Shown here: in pieces, positions 36,581-48,939 of the stretch
Position numbering within the stretch: the stretch's first letter is position 1
Layout: each line of letters opens with the position of its first letter
From: Mobula hypostoma
Taxonomy: Eukaryota
Direction: 5' to 3'
Length of the DNA stretch: 64,000 nt
Assembly: GCF_963921235.1 (NCBI RefSeq)
Contig: NC_086097.1
Location: forward strand, 200,696,001-200,760,000
The notes under the pieces: generated by a model
Seen by the model: the letters and a program-made list of their open reading frames with translations, nothing else
Told to the model about the DNA's origin: nothing
Database searches by the model: none
Made by a program: the position numbers and the translations under genes

Positions 36581-39137
36581 TGTTATGTTTGTTCTTAGTA
36601 AAGGCAAATATCATGGAAACACAGGAACTTTTTATATACAGGTTTACTGCAATGGCTTTTGCTGCAGCCCAAGTACATGTGATGAGCTCACCTCCACATA
36701 ATGTCTGTTTCCTGGTGAAGCACCTGCATTGCCCACTGGGAACTGAAGTTCTTTGTTACGTACACATAAAATATCTTTCCTCTTTAAAATTATGTCCCTA
36801 TAAACATGCAAGAAACAGTACTTTCCAACAAAGATATTTAAGTTTGCTTCAATTGTAATGAGCAAATCCAGTCCCTTATTCCTTCATCTCCTTTCAATCC
36901 ATCTCAGTGGTGGTTTGATGATCCCATTTGGTTTGCTATTTGTTTCAATGGATAACTTGCTGTCATTTGCTGCATTAATATTAGTGTCTTTTTGAGAATT
37001 CTGATCAACATGTTTCTTTCTTTCACATCCTTCTGCCAATATCCTATCTGTTTGGCTCCGTTCTTGTTCCTGCTGTGTGAACATAATTCACTCCACATTC
37101 CTCATAATAGAGCCTTAAAGTACATCCACATGGTCAATGAGTCTTTCCACAAGTTCCAACTGATCCTGTCTCAGTTCACAGAGCTCCTTCTATTAGCTGT
37201 GTATCATAGATAAAAACTCCTCCTGTTGGTTTGTGTTGAACTTTTGCTGTTGTTCCGGACTTTGGGTCTGTGTGGTCTCCCCATCTTCCTTTTTATTTTT
37301 CCTTTTCAACTTCAGAGAGGATCATAAAGATATTTTTGATTTCCAGTCTTCAACTGGAAGTCGATGAGAGATGGATTTTGAACTAAAGCTGCATAATGTG
37401 GAAGCAAGAATGGTGACTTCATCATGATCACTCTGTTTAACACTGGTATCCTGACTGTCATGCTACTGTAGTTCATACAGATATGTATTGCAGATGGATC
37501 TCTTGTACTTCTCTTGCATATCTTCTCTGGAGGTCTCATGGATGCTGTTATGGGTTTCTTGACTTGCCTCAAGTAAACATCCGAGACCCTCAAAGGCATC
37601 TGCGTACTCTTCCATGAGTGTTGTATGGTCATCTTTGGTTTGTGAAACCACTACAGAAACTCTTTTCACCAGGATAAGCTTTTCACATGCACCCAGACCT
37701 AATATTGGCTGTAGTCTCTTTTCTACAATCAGTAGCTGTGCCTTTAGATGCTGTCCATTGTGCTTGAAGGTCACTTATACAGCCTTATTTTCACTTGAAC
37801 TTTCTCTCCAGAGCCTGTCACCTTTAACATCACTGGGTATATCTTACTCTTTACTTTGAGAGTTTTGTAGTCATCCATGGATAACAGATTTACCTGGGCT
37901 CCAGTGTCAAGCTTGAATGGAATTACTGTCTCATTCACAGTCACTGGAACGATCCATTTTGTTTTACCAGCACCAGCGGTCTGCAGAGAATCTACAAAGA
38001 CTTCCTCCATTTCCTCAGCGCACCTTTCTCTCGGTAGCCCCAGCTTTGCAGCACTTTGCAAAATGATTCTTCTTCCCACAATGATGCAGAACTTCCCATA
38101 AGCAGGACATGTCTTTGGGATGTGCCTAACTCCAGATTTGCTGCATTTGCTGGTTGAGCCTACCTGTTTGCTATGCTGTTGCTTTGGGAAATGCCTGTAC
38201 TGTTGTTTCTACTCTGTACAACTCCTTAGCTTGTGCTCGTGTGGTCTGCTGCCCAATACATATTCAGAGCCTTTTCTAGTGTCAAATTTTTTTCACAGAG
38301 CAGCTTTCTTTGAGCCTATTATCTGGGATTCCACAAACTATTTCGTCTCTGACTAGTGAGTCTCTCAAATCTCGAACTCACAGGATTTAATCAGTGTGAG
38401 AAGCTCAGCGAAGTATTGGTCAAAGCTATCACCTTGTCATAGGCAAAGAAATTGTATCTCTCAAGTGTGACGTTTTTACTTGGAACAACATACTCCAAAA
38501 ATTTTGTAATCAGAGTGTCCAACGTAAAGGCTGTCTCATAAATTTGAAAGCTGTTAGAGATGTCCAAAGCTTCTTCAGCAATTACACGTAGAAAGATAGA
38601 TACTTTCAATGTTTCCACCATCCCTCGGCTCTTCTTGGGTACTGAATGTATATTCGATTGCTGTTTGATGTGTTTCCAGCTACCTGTTAAATTGCCAGTA
38701 AACTGCATTGGTGCAGTGGAACTTAGGTTATCCATTATGGGGATTTTCGGCGTCCCTCACCTTAATCTATTGGTGATCTTCTGGCGCAATGTACTGTGTC
38801 ACCATGCTGGCCTCTGACCTCAATCACTTCTAGTGCAGTCTTCCTTTTCCCTATGAGAACTAGTGTTTTTTCCTAGTTGCTCACAGTATTCATTTACGCT
38901 CCATGTTTAGACCTCAGGCTGACTTCTGACACCATGTATGTTTGTTCTTTATAAAGACAAACAGCGTGGGTAAAAATGCTAGAACTATTTTATTTTCAAA
39001 TTTACAGCAACAGCTTTTGCTCCAGCTCGAACATGTACAATGAGCTCACCCCCCTGTCACTTCAAGTTCCAGATGAACCACCCACATTGCCCACTGGGGA
39101 ACTTAATTTTTTCATTATGTACACATATAATAACACA
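36581..39137 (-). mobile_element. Non-autonomous Gypsy (Mag-like) provirus: two LTRs, gag and protease; RT/RH/IN core absent
   Basis: TSD TCTGG at 36576-36580 and 39138-39142. LTRs at 36581-36773 and 38935-39137. PBS at 38922-38934, PPT at about 36774-36785. gag at 38391-38735 with CPAYGKFC knuckle; protease FKLDTGAQVNLL. Confidence 0.9.
38922..38934 (-). promoter_or_regulatory. Primer-binding site, tRNA-Leu type
   Basis: TGGTGTCAGAAGT directly follows the 5' LTR and is complementary to a tRNA-Leu 3' end (ACUUCUGACACCA). Confidence 0.8.
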
Positions 39138-39304
39138 TCTGGAGGTGGATGCAGAGATCAAGTTAGTGTAAAGATGTGTCAGAGATGGAGCAAGTGAAAA
39201 CTGGTGGCAACATTCTTGAAATTGACGAGTCTCATATGGGTTCAGGAACCAGCGCCTGTGCAGCCACCATTGTAACAGGGAAAGTTGAGGAGTGTTTCCA
39301 GCGT

Positions 39305-41420
39305 AAATAAGTCTGCCCGTTTATTTCTTCCGCCAAAGTGCATGACCATACAGTTTCAACGTTGTATTTCATTTGCCACTTCTTTGCCCATTCCCCTAAA
39401 CTATCCAAGTATCTCTGCAGGCTCTCTGTTTCCTCAACATTTACCCACTCCTCCACCTATCTTCGTATCTTTGGTAAATTTAGCCACAAATCCATTAATC
39501 TCATAGTCCAAATCATTGACATACTTCGTAAAAAGCAGCGGTTCCTCTGCCATCTCTGTGTTTCTCATTCTAATATCTCCAGCATCATTTTCTATTGGTC
39601 TTATATCTACCCTCAACTCTCTTTTACTCTTTAAAAAACTTAAAAAAGCTTTTAGTATCTTCTTTGATATTAGTTGCCAGCTTCCTTTCATAATTCATCT
39701 TTTCCTTCCTAATGACCTTCTTGGTTTCCTTCTGCAAGTTTTTAAAAGCATCCCAATCCTCTATCTTCCCACTAGCTTTGGCTTCCTTGTATGTCCTCTC
39801 TTTTGCTTTTACTTTGACTCTGACTTCACTTGTCAGCCATGGTAATGTCCTTCTTCCATTCAAAGATTTCTTCTTATTTGGAATATATCTGTCTTGCACT
39901 TCCCTCATTTTTTGCAGAAACTCCAGCCATTGCTGCTCTGCTGTCCTTCCTGCTAGTGTCCCTTTCCAGTCAACTTTGGCCAGTTCCCCTCTCAGGCCAT
40001 TGTAATTTCCTTTATTCCACTGAAATACCGACACATTGAAATTTAGTTTCTCCTTCTCAAATTTCAAAGTGAACTTGATCATGTTGTGATCATTGTTCCC
40101 TAAGAGTTCCTTAACCTTAAGCTCTCTTATCATCTCCAGATCATTGCACAATACCCAGTCCAGCACAGCCAATCCCCTAGTGGGCTCAACAGAAAGCTGT
40201 TCTAAAAAGCTATCCCTTAGGTATTCTACAAGTTCACTCCCTTGAGGTCCAGTACTGACCTGGTTTTCCCAATCCACTTTCATGTTAAAATCCCCAACGA
40301 TTACCATGATATTGCCCTTCTGACATGCATTTTGTATATCCTGCTGCAATTTGTAATCCACATCTCAGCTGCTGTTTGGAGGCCTGTATACAACTGCCAT
40401 TAGGGTCCTTTTACCCTTGCCATTTCTTAACTCAACCCATAGAGACTCTACACCTCCGATCCAATATCATCCCTTTCTAATGATTTATTATTATTTTTTA
40501 TAAACAGGGCCACACCACCCCCTCTGCCTACTAACCTATCTTTCTGATACACTGTATACCCCAGGCGGGAGGAGAAGATGGCGGCGCGCCTGCGTGTGCA
40601 TAGCCCTCCGGTGAAAAATGATATCATATCTGTTAAATAGGGGCCGTGGACAATTCTGATTTGATGGAGAACGGACATGAAAGCATAGAGGAACATCTGG
40701 AGAAATTTCTGAAACGCACGTTCGCTGCTGTCGTTACTGTGTGGTCGGGAATCTTTCGGAGGGTAGGCCTCAAAATCCCCGGCCTTGCCTGCTTTTGGCG
40801 ACCGAGAAGGAGGTTGAATCGTTCAGACAGAGATGGCGCTCAGTACTCGGTGTCGGACAGCTGATCAGAGCTCGAAGTTTTCGGATGACTCAGAGTCGGA
40901 TTGTGGTCGGCATGGCAGGGAGAGTTTTTCTTCCTTCTCCCATCTGCGTGAGATGTGGGACATTTGAAAAACTTTGAACTTTACTATGCTTGTGGACTTC
41001 TTCATCAAGTTATGGTATTGTTGCACCGTGGTAACTATATGTTATGATTATGTGGTTTCGTCAGTTTTTTCAGTCTTGGTCTGTCCTGTGTTTTGTGATA
41101 TCACACCGGAGGAAATGATGTATCATTTCTTAATGCATGCATTACTAAATGACAATAAAAGAGGACTACATGTCTTCACAATCATATCCTTGGATGTTCA
41201 GCTCCCAATGGCAGCCATCCTTTAACCAAGTTTCAGAGATGGCCACAAGATATACTTGCCAATCATTAGCTGAATTTCAAAATCGTCCATTTTATTTCTT
41301 ATGCTGCATGCATTCAAGTATAACACTTTCAGTCCAGTATTTGTTGTTTTCTGTTGCAAATCATCCCACATCTCCTGCCTGTCCTTCCTATCATCTCTGT
41401 TGCATGCTATCTTTGATTTA
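39305..41420 (-). mobile_element. CR1 ORF2 (endonuclease to RT, internally deleted), interrupted at 40559-41183
   Basis: ORF 39624-40361 with VGDFN, EPTRG, NDHN; also KFTKDTK and GRGGGVALFIK. Confidence 0.9.
40559..41183 (+). mobile_element. Non-autonomous ORF-less retroposon, copy 2
   Basis: GGAGGAGAAGATGGCGGCGC start and AAATGACAATAAAAGAGGACT end. Colinear with 26286-26956 and cleanly interrupts the CR1 endonuclease. Confidence 0.8.
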
Positions 41421-41439
41421 TTTCTGTTACTATTGGCAT

Positions 41440-42170
41440 TTTTCAGGCATCTTCTGAATATATGTACAATAACCTCTTACTCAATGTCAGCAAGACAAGG
41501 GAGCTGATTATCGACTGCAGGAGAAGGAAACCAGAGGTCCATGAGCCAGTCCTAACCAGAGGTAGAAAGTGTTAGCAACTTTAAATTCCTCTCTGTTATC
41601 ATTTTGGAGGACCTGTCCTGGACCCAGCATGTAAGTAAGTGCAATTACAAAGAAAGCACGGCAGCGCCTCTTCTTCCCTAGGATTTTGTGGAGTTTCAGT
41701 GCGGCATCTAAAACTTTGACAAACTTCTATAGATGTGTAGTGGAGAGTATCTTGAATGGCTGCGTCACAGCTTGGTATGGAAACACCAATGCCCTTGAAT
41801 GAAAAATCCTACAAAAGGTAGTGGATTCAGCCCAGTACATCACAGGTAAAGCCCTCCCAACCATTGAGCACAATGAAGTTGATGGCCATCTCCTTTATCT
41901 CGTTGACATTGAGGAAGAGGCTATTTGCCTGGCACCAGATCTCAAGTGTACAGCATTAAGGTCAGCATACAGCCCTGGAGTTGTTAGTTAGGAAGTCCAA
42001 AACCCAATTGCACAGTGGTGTATTTAGACCAATGAGGAGGAGGTTGTTCATCAAGGTCTATGGAACAATAGTGTTGAATGCCGAACCGTAACCCAAAAAG
42101 AGCATTCTGACATAAATATCCTTGTTTTCTACGTGTGTCAGGGCCAGGTGCATGATATGATAGTGGTTGA
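41440..42170. mobile_element. Rex1/Babar fragments: (+) about 41440-41875, then (-) about 41880-42170
   Basis: NFKFLSVIILEDLSW and NFYRCVVESILNGC on plus; LNVNEIKEM-like and FGIQHY on minus. Confidence 0.65.
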
Positions 42171-42199
42171 TTTGAAGCATTTGAGACAGTAGCCTGGAT

Positions 42200-42960
42200 G
42201 AGTGCAGTTAATAAATTGCAGCCAACCCAATTCAGTCTGTCTTCATATACGAGTTCTGTTATCCCAATAAGCAAATTGGTTGAGCTTTAGCTGAACTCCC
42301 TCCACAGCATAAAAGGATACCAAACTTGTCACAGATCACAGAACTGCAGCAAGACTTCCTTGCTCTGCACCTGAATCCTCTCATTATGGAGACTAAAATA
42401 CCATTTGCCTTCCTTATTACAGTACTTACTTCACATGCATGCTTTCATTTATCAGCTGGAGAACAAAGATACCCGGGTTGTGTTGCATCATGCCTTTTTA
42501 TTGCTTAGATAATAATCAGCTTTTTCTTATTATTGCCAAGATAAATAACCTCATGTTTATGCACATTACACTGTGCATGCCATGTATTGCCGATTAACCA
42601 GCCAGCCCAAATCACACTGGAGCTTTCCTACATCCTCCTCATCAAGAAAACTTCAGTCGAGCTTTGTGTCACCTGCAGACTTGGAGATACTGCATTTCGC
42701 TCCCTCATCTAAATCATTACTTTATATTATGAGTAGCTGGAGTCCACTAAAAATGATTGTGATGCCCTACTAATCACTGTTTGCCACAAGGAAAAAAAAA
42801 TATTTATTCAATTCCTTTCCTCCTGCTGGCCAACCAGTATCCATTCATGTCAATACCTTACCTCCAATACCATGTGCTTTAATTTTTCATGTGATTCTTT
42901 TACATGATCAAAAGCTTTCTGGAAGTCCAAGTATACCACCACATCTATCAGTATTCCCTT
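42200..42960 (-). mobile_element. Old CR1 RT remnant
   Basis: SAGDTKL (decayed FADDTKL), KANGIL and YEDRLN on the minus strand. Confidence 0.6.
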
Positions 42961-45211
42961 ATCTGTTCTGTTTACTACATCCTCCAAAATTGTATGTAAA
43001 ATTCTATAACCTAAGTTATGCACAATCATACTATATTTTATTAATTATGGTATTTTCTTTTACTTTGATGGTCTTTACGATGTTCTAAATGATCAATAAC
43101 TTAAAGAAAAAGGTGGTTCAACTATAATAAATTCAGTATGATCTCATTAAAAATTCTCCACAACATTCTTCTAATTATTTGCAATAGTGTTGGGTTCACC
43201 TCAGTCCATCCAGCATAAGTAGCAAAGTGTTAGCTCAAAAAAGGCACTACAATGCACTATTTATTTGTTCTAATTGTTGTCCTTCTTGTAAAACTTGTGT
43301 GTAATATATGGTTAATGTATGATTTTCTTGTGAATGCTAATTGTACAATGCTATGTGTTTGTGATACCGGTGCAAGTAAGTTTTTCATTTATCTGTGCAA
43401 AAATGTACCTGTACATTTGGCAATAAACTTGACTTTGATTTTGAGTAGGGGCAATACTTAGACTGATTTGGTGGCTCCTAGGATTATTAAAATGATATGA
43501 CAATTAGTCAAAGCTGAATGACACCATTAATGCAAAACTCAAAATCTTACCATGAGTGCAGAATTCCGATTGAAAATTTCAGTCTTTAGCTGGCTGAGTA
43601 TGCACCTTAAATCAATACTCAACCAATTAGTACAAGATTTAGAGGCACAAGAAACTGCAGATGCTGGAAACCGGATCAACAAACAATCTACTGGAGGAAC
43701 TCGGTCAGTTAAGCAAATGTGATCTTCATTAAAATTGGCTTGGGCGTTGTGAGTGCATTGTTGCACATCTTTTGGGAATAGCACAAGTATGATTCTGTCA
43801 TTCCTGCTTTTTGAGAGATTTGTCTGCAACCTTGCTGTTGAATTGTTTCTGATGACAAACCCAGTGTCCACCTTCACACTGTTTCACCTTGGCACTGCAG
43901 AAGAAGGTGTACCTGGATCCTTTTTCAGTGAGGCTTTCTTCAGTTAGTTAAAATTCAATCAAGGCAACTATTTGCATGTAGAATCTTGGTATTCTTTACC
44001 AGCTAGATCTATTCTTCTCTTTACTCTATTGACAGTTGTGCAGTCAACAAATGTTCACATATTTCTGGTATTGATTGCAAGTGGTGATGCCTTTTGGCTC
44101 TTTTGTCCTTTAGAGAGTTTTAACTGCTCTTCTGAGATCTTCACTAGCGGTGGTACACTTAACATGAGGCACACAATATTTAGAGATCCTTTTCTAGCCC
44201 CTTTCTCACACTGCAGAGGTGAGCAGGGTGATCCTAAGTGTGTGTTGGATCTAGTAGAAAAATGACCTTATGTCCTGAATTGTTTGTGTGTCAAGATGTG
44301 AACACCATTGCTTGGTCACTTTCTTATCACCAACTGATTTAAGAAGGTTTCATATGGTGTCCAATTCTGTGCAAGATTTAAGTCAGGGAAAAGTTGCATG
44401 GATTCACCCTTGTCACTTTGTCCAGAATATTTGAATCCCAAGGTACAGTAGTGTTAAGGGAACAGGATTAAGTGGATGACCTTTATCCAATGCTCTATGC
44501 TGTCTGTAGAGTATTTGCCGCCTACCTTCCATTAGAGAATTGAGTATGGCTGCCTGATCCACAAGAAATAGCCTTACATCAAAGGAATGTTCTTTCCTTT
44601 GTACACAGTTGTATTTAGTACTTCCAGCTCTACCAAACAAAAATAAAAGATTAATTTAATAAAAACAATAGTGGGACTAAACAATGTGAAATATGGGCTT
44701 TTTAGAAGACGTCATTTAACTAATCAGGAAGGTAGCCTACAACAGCTGTACAAGTTGTAAAATTTAACATTGGCATGAGGATCTCTTATGTTGATTTGAG
44801 AGAAATTTATGTATAAGGCAAGAATGTGAGCAATCCTGTATATTTATGGTAGTGTAGAGCTCACTGACAAAGAACATGCAAAGACGGTCAAAAATACTTC
44901 AAGAACACCCTAAATCACCCATTGCCTGTTAGTGAAGCGAACTGGACATACACAACTTGCTGTCAATTGGCAATATCCCCCAAGCAGAAAAACTAAAAGT
45001 CAAAGATTGTTCCATAGGTCTGAAACAGGTCGAACCTTTCCAGATGATTTGGAGATGAGGAACAATTACAAGAAAGCAACCATAAGCAACCATACAAGTG
45101 CAAAGGCCACAAAGAATACCTAGAGAAGTCATAAAGTTATACAGTATACTTATTGCTAATAGCTTTATGTGGTATCTACTATCATGATAGGCAATGGGGA
45201 AATTTAACTAC

Positions 45212-45466
45212 ATCAGCCCAATGAACAGATGTTGATCGCCACTAATAAATATTATATCCTCTGCAGTGAATCCTTCTCTCTTGTTTAGTTATTTGTTTCG
45301 CTCTGCTGTGCTACACTGTGAGGAATGGCTACTGAAAACCCTGTACCTGGAACGAATGATTATCATAAAACCCTTAACAATTTATGCAATCCTTTAAAAT
45401 CACACAAGTGGAGGTATTTCCTGCATGTTGTTAGCTGCATCACTGAATATCCAACGAGACAAAGTT
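45212..45466 (+). repeat. 255-bp dispersed direct repeat, copy 2
   Basis: Matches 32810-33064. Confidence 0.95.
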
Positions 45467-46270
45467 CATATTAATAATGAAATCAAAACCATAAATGTCA
45501 AAGCAAGTATGGCCTTTGACAGACTATGTGCAAATGTGTGAATGTAAGGGGTTATTCAAAAACAATTCTGAAGGTTTACAATGTGATGATTGAGTTTGTT
45601 AAATCTGGATACAGGACAGATATCATGCCATAAACCACTTTCCCATGGACTATCTGAGGAAAACAATAAAGATAAGAATACAAAATGGGATTTGGAGACT
45701 TGTTTCACATAGAGGCTAAAATTCAAAGCATCCAAAGCATCCACTCTGCTGATTCCATCAGCAGGTTAGAAACGTAACATAGAAAACCTACAGCACAATA
45801 CAGGCCCTTCGGCCCACAGAGTTGTGCCGAACATGTCCCTACCTTAGAAATTACTAGGCTTGCCTATAGCCCTCTATTTTACTAAGCTCCATGTACCTAT
45901 CTAAAAGTCTCTTAAAAGACCCTATCGTATCAGGTTGTGACAGAGAATGTCAGATGAGTAACATTCATAGATCATAGAGCGCCTCTGCCAGTGGGAAAAC
46001 CAAATCCCACCTTCCTGTACTTGACCCATAACCCTGCACATAAATATAGGCAATAGAATTGTAGTTTGCTGCTTAGTGTCTTGTACCTGCTCTACTATTC
46101 GAAGAGTTCATGGCTAATCTTTTCCACATTATATCCCATATTTCACATTCTTGCACATTCACATAGCCTCCTTCCTTATAACGCATTGAAGTCACTCTGC
46201 ATCCTCCAGTTTGTATCATCAGCAAATTTGGATATATTGCACTTGATTCTCCCATCTAAACTGTTGATTC

Positions 46271-46883
46271 CAGTTTAAGATGGCGCTGGTGAATCTCAAC
46301 AACTTCTAGTAAACGATCATCGCAAACGATAGCCTGTAACTTCCCTTTGGACTTGGAGGCAATTTGATGTGGCAGAACTGAGGCAAGGCAAGGCAGTAGG
46401 CCCATCACCGAGAGCAAGGAAGATCAGAAGTTCAATCGATTTAAGTGCCTGGCCGAAATGGAAAGGTCAGGTGTAGGCCAAATTGAGGAGCCCGGGTCCA
46501 GGCTCCAGAACGTACCGAAGTGAGTAAACTTGATGTTTGGATGAGGATTTAAATGCTGAGCCAAATCAGAAAGGTCAGGGTGTCGAGGCCCGAGGCAAGG
46601 GATAGACCTGTTCAGCTCGCTGATCTGTAATGCTTACTCAGCTCTGAGCTGAACTGAAGGTCTATGGACGAACTCTCCTTGTCAGTTTTTCAGTTTAGAA
46701 AGCTGTTCACTTGTGTTTATTTGCATGATTTGTTCTTTCTCTCTGCATGTCGTGTGCTTAACCATCTTTTTTTAATGGGTTCTTTTGGGATTCTTTGTTT
46801 TGTGACTGCCTGTTAGGAGATGAATTTCAAGATTATATATTGTATACATACTTTGATAATAAATGTACTTTGAACTTTGAATT
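46271..46883 (+). mobile_element. Non-autonomous retroposon, second family, inserted in an old CR1
   Basis: AAGATGGCG near the 5' end. 3' end TACTTTGATAATAAATGTACTTTGAACTTTGAA. 7-bp TSD TTGATTC at 46264-46270 and 46884-46890. Confidence 0.75.
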
Positions 46884-46992
46884 TTGATTCAGATGGCGAA
46901 CAGCTGGAGCCCATTAACTTCATCTTTGTCTAGTAAATGCTTGCATGGAACCCCATCAAAGATCTTCCTCTAATCCAAAATGCACCATATGA

Positions 46993-47205
46993 ATTGTTGT
47001 TGTTGTACTTTCCATGCCTTGTGGCATATCGAGTGGCAACCTTGTCCTTCCTTTAGCAGTTTTGACTGTTTTTTTTTGAGGCTGAGTTGTTAGCTCAATG
47101 CTCAATCCAGCATGGATGGAAAACATGAATGGAGCCCATCAGATTCGAACCTGGAACCAGTCATCTCAAAGTCTGGTGCGGCTGTCACTACTGCACTGGC
47201 TGCCG
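46993..47205 (-). mobile_element. tRNA-derived SINE with (CAA)n tail
   Basis: Minus strand has an A-box-like TGCAGTAGTG, B box GGTTCGAATC and a terminal CAACAACAACAA. Confidence 0.7.
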
Positions 47206-47329
47206 CCATATCAATTGGTTCCCCTTTATTTGTTCCATTAGCTTCAAAGCGGCAGAACACTGTTGAACATGTCTTCCTTTCTAAAATTAATTCTGATTCT
47301 GCCCAATGCTATTATTATTTTCCATGTGC

Positions 47330-48100
47330 TTTCACAAGCTCCTGAACTTGTAGCACAATGGCAGATTGGCATGTATGATGTTGTCGACACCACGGAATCA
47401 AGGCTGAAAGAACATTATAGCTGGGAGCTTAATGTCCAAGGAGACACATTGTATCAAAAAGATAGGCAGGAAGGCAGATGGGGCAGTGTTGCTCTGTTGG
47501 TAAAAAATGAAAACAAATCATTAGAAGGAGGTGATATAGAGTCAGAAAGCTTTGAATCATTGTGGATAGAGCTAAGGAAATGCAAGAGTAAAAAGACCCT
47601 AATGGGAGTTGTATACAGACCCCCGTACAGTAGTGAGGATGTGGTCTACAAATTAACAAAGGGAGGTAGAAAATGCATGCTGAAAGGGCAATGTTCCAAT
47701 AGTCATGGGGGATTTCCATATGGAGGTAGATTTGCGAAAATCAGGTTGGTGCTGAATTACAGGAGGGATTGTTTCTAGAGTGCCTGCAAGATGACTTTGT
47801 TAGAGCAGCATGTGGTTGAGCCCACTAGGGGATCAGCCATTCTTGATTGGGTATCGTGCAATGAATTGGAATTGATTAGAGAGCTTAAGGTAAAAGACCC
47901 CTCTCAAGTAGATGAGAAGATGTTGCAGTCAATTATTCAGGATGAGGTCTCGGGATACTTGGAGGCACATGATAAAATAGACTATAGTCAGCATTGTTTC
48001 CTCAAGGGAAAAGTATACCTTTGAAGAAATAACAAGCAGGATAAACAAAGGAGAATCAGTTTGATGTTGTGTACTTGGATTTTCAGAAGGTCTTTGATTA
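47330..48100 (+). mobile_element. CR1 ORF2 remnant (endonuclease joined to an RT piece by deletion)
   Basis: MGVVYRPP, EPTRGSAILDWV, then YLEAHDKI and YLDFQKVFD. Confidence 0.85.
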
Positions 48101-48728
48101 GGTCCAAAAACACACCATTAAAATGTAACTCACAGGTTCCAATTGCATGCAGCTTAGTAGTAGAATCATATTTGAAAGCAGGAGTAGAAATAGTCATATC
48201 GTGAACAGTCTGTAAGACATCACCATTGGTCACATTGTTCACTGGCGCCATCTTGCTCTCCACATCCTTACCACTTCTGGGTGAAGAATGTTCCTACCAT
48301 AGCATCCATAAATTCCTTCCCCTTTACCTACATCTATGTTCTCTAGTTTCATCTATCTCAGAAATGGGGAATATACATTCTACCCTGTCTGCATCCCTCA
48401 AAACTTTATATATTTCAGTCATGTCCCGTCTTGACTTAACCAGTGGAGGGAGGAAGGACCCAGCTTTTCTAGTCTCACCTTGTTACTGCTCCATCCTCGG
48501 CAAGATCTTACTGAATTTGTAAATTTGCATATCTGTGCACTTGTAATGCTACTGTGACACTGTAATTTCCTTTGGGATCAATAAAGTATCTATCTATATT
48601 CATATTCATGACTTTCTTATGCGACTTAACCAAAGTCTTTTACAGCTGCAACATGACTTTCCAGCTTTTATTCTCAATGCTCCAGCAATGATAAGAAGCA
48701 TGTCAAATATTCACCCTGACTATCCCAG

Positions 48729-48774
48729 GCCCCCCCCCGCCCCCCCTCCCCCCCCACACACACACACACACACA
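48729..48774. repeat. Poly-C and (CA)n microsatellite
   Basis: C runs followed by about 10 CA units. Confidence 0.9.
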
Positions 48775-48939
48775 AATGAACTGACTTGTGTAAGGAGGAA
48801 GAAGATCCAATAAAGACAAATGTTGGATCTGGTTAATTTTCCCTCTGCCAGCACAATCACAACCTAACCCGAACTCTAATGCCCACACACCTCCAACATC
48901 TCCAAATGAGTTGCATGTCTTTGTGTGCAATTCTGGCTG

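Larger units (their letters stand above)
34398..39300 (-). mobile_element. Penelope-like element split by SINE, CR1 and Gypsy insertions
   Basis: PLE terminus at 34398-34480, GIY-YIG remnant at about 35040-35400, and RT remnants at 36385-36580 and 39138-39300. All are colinear with 20768-22551. Confidence 0.75.

Noticed and set aside
43740..44400. Possible ancient RTE-like LINE remnant
   Set aside because: Only vague motif resemblance; cannot be supported without a profile search.
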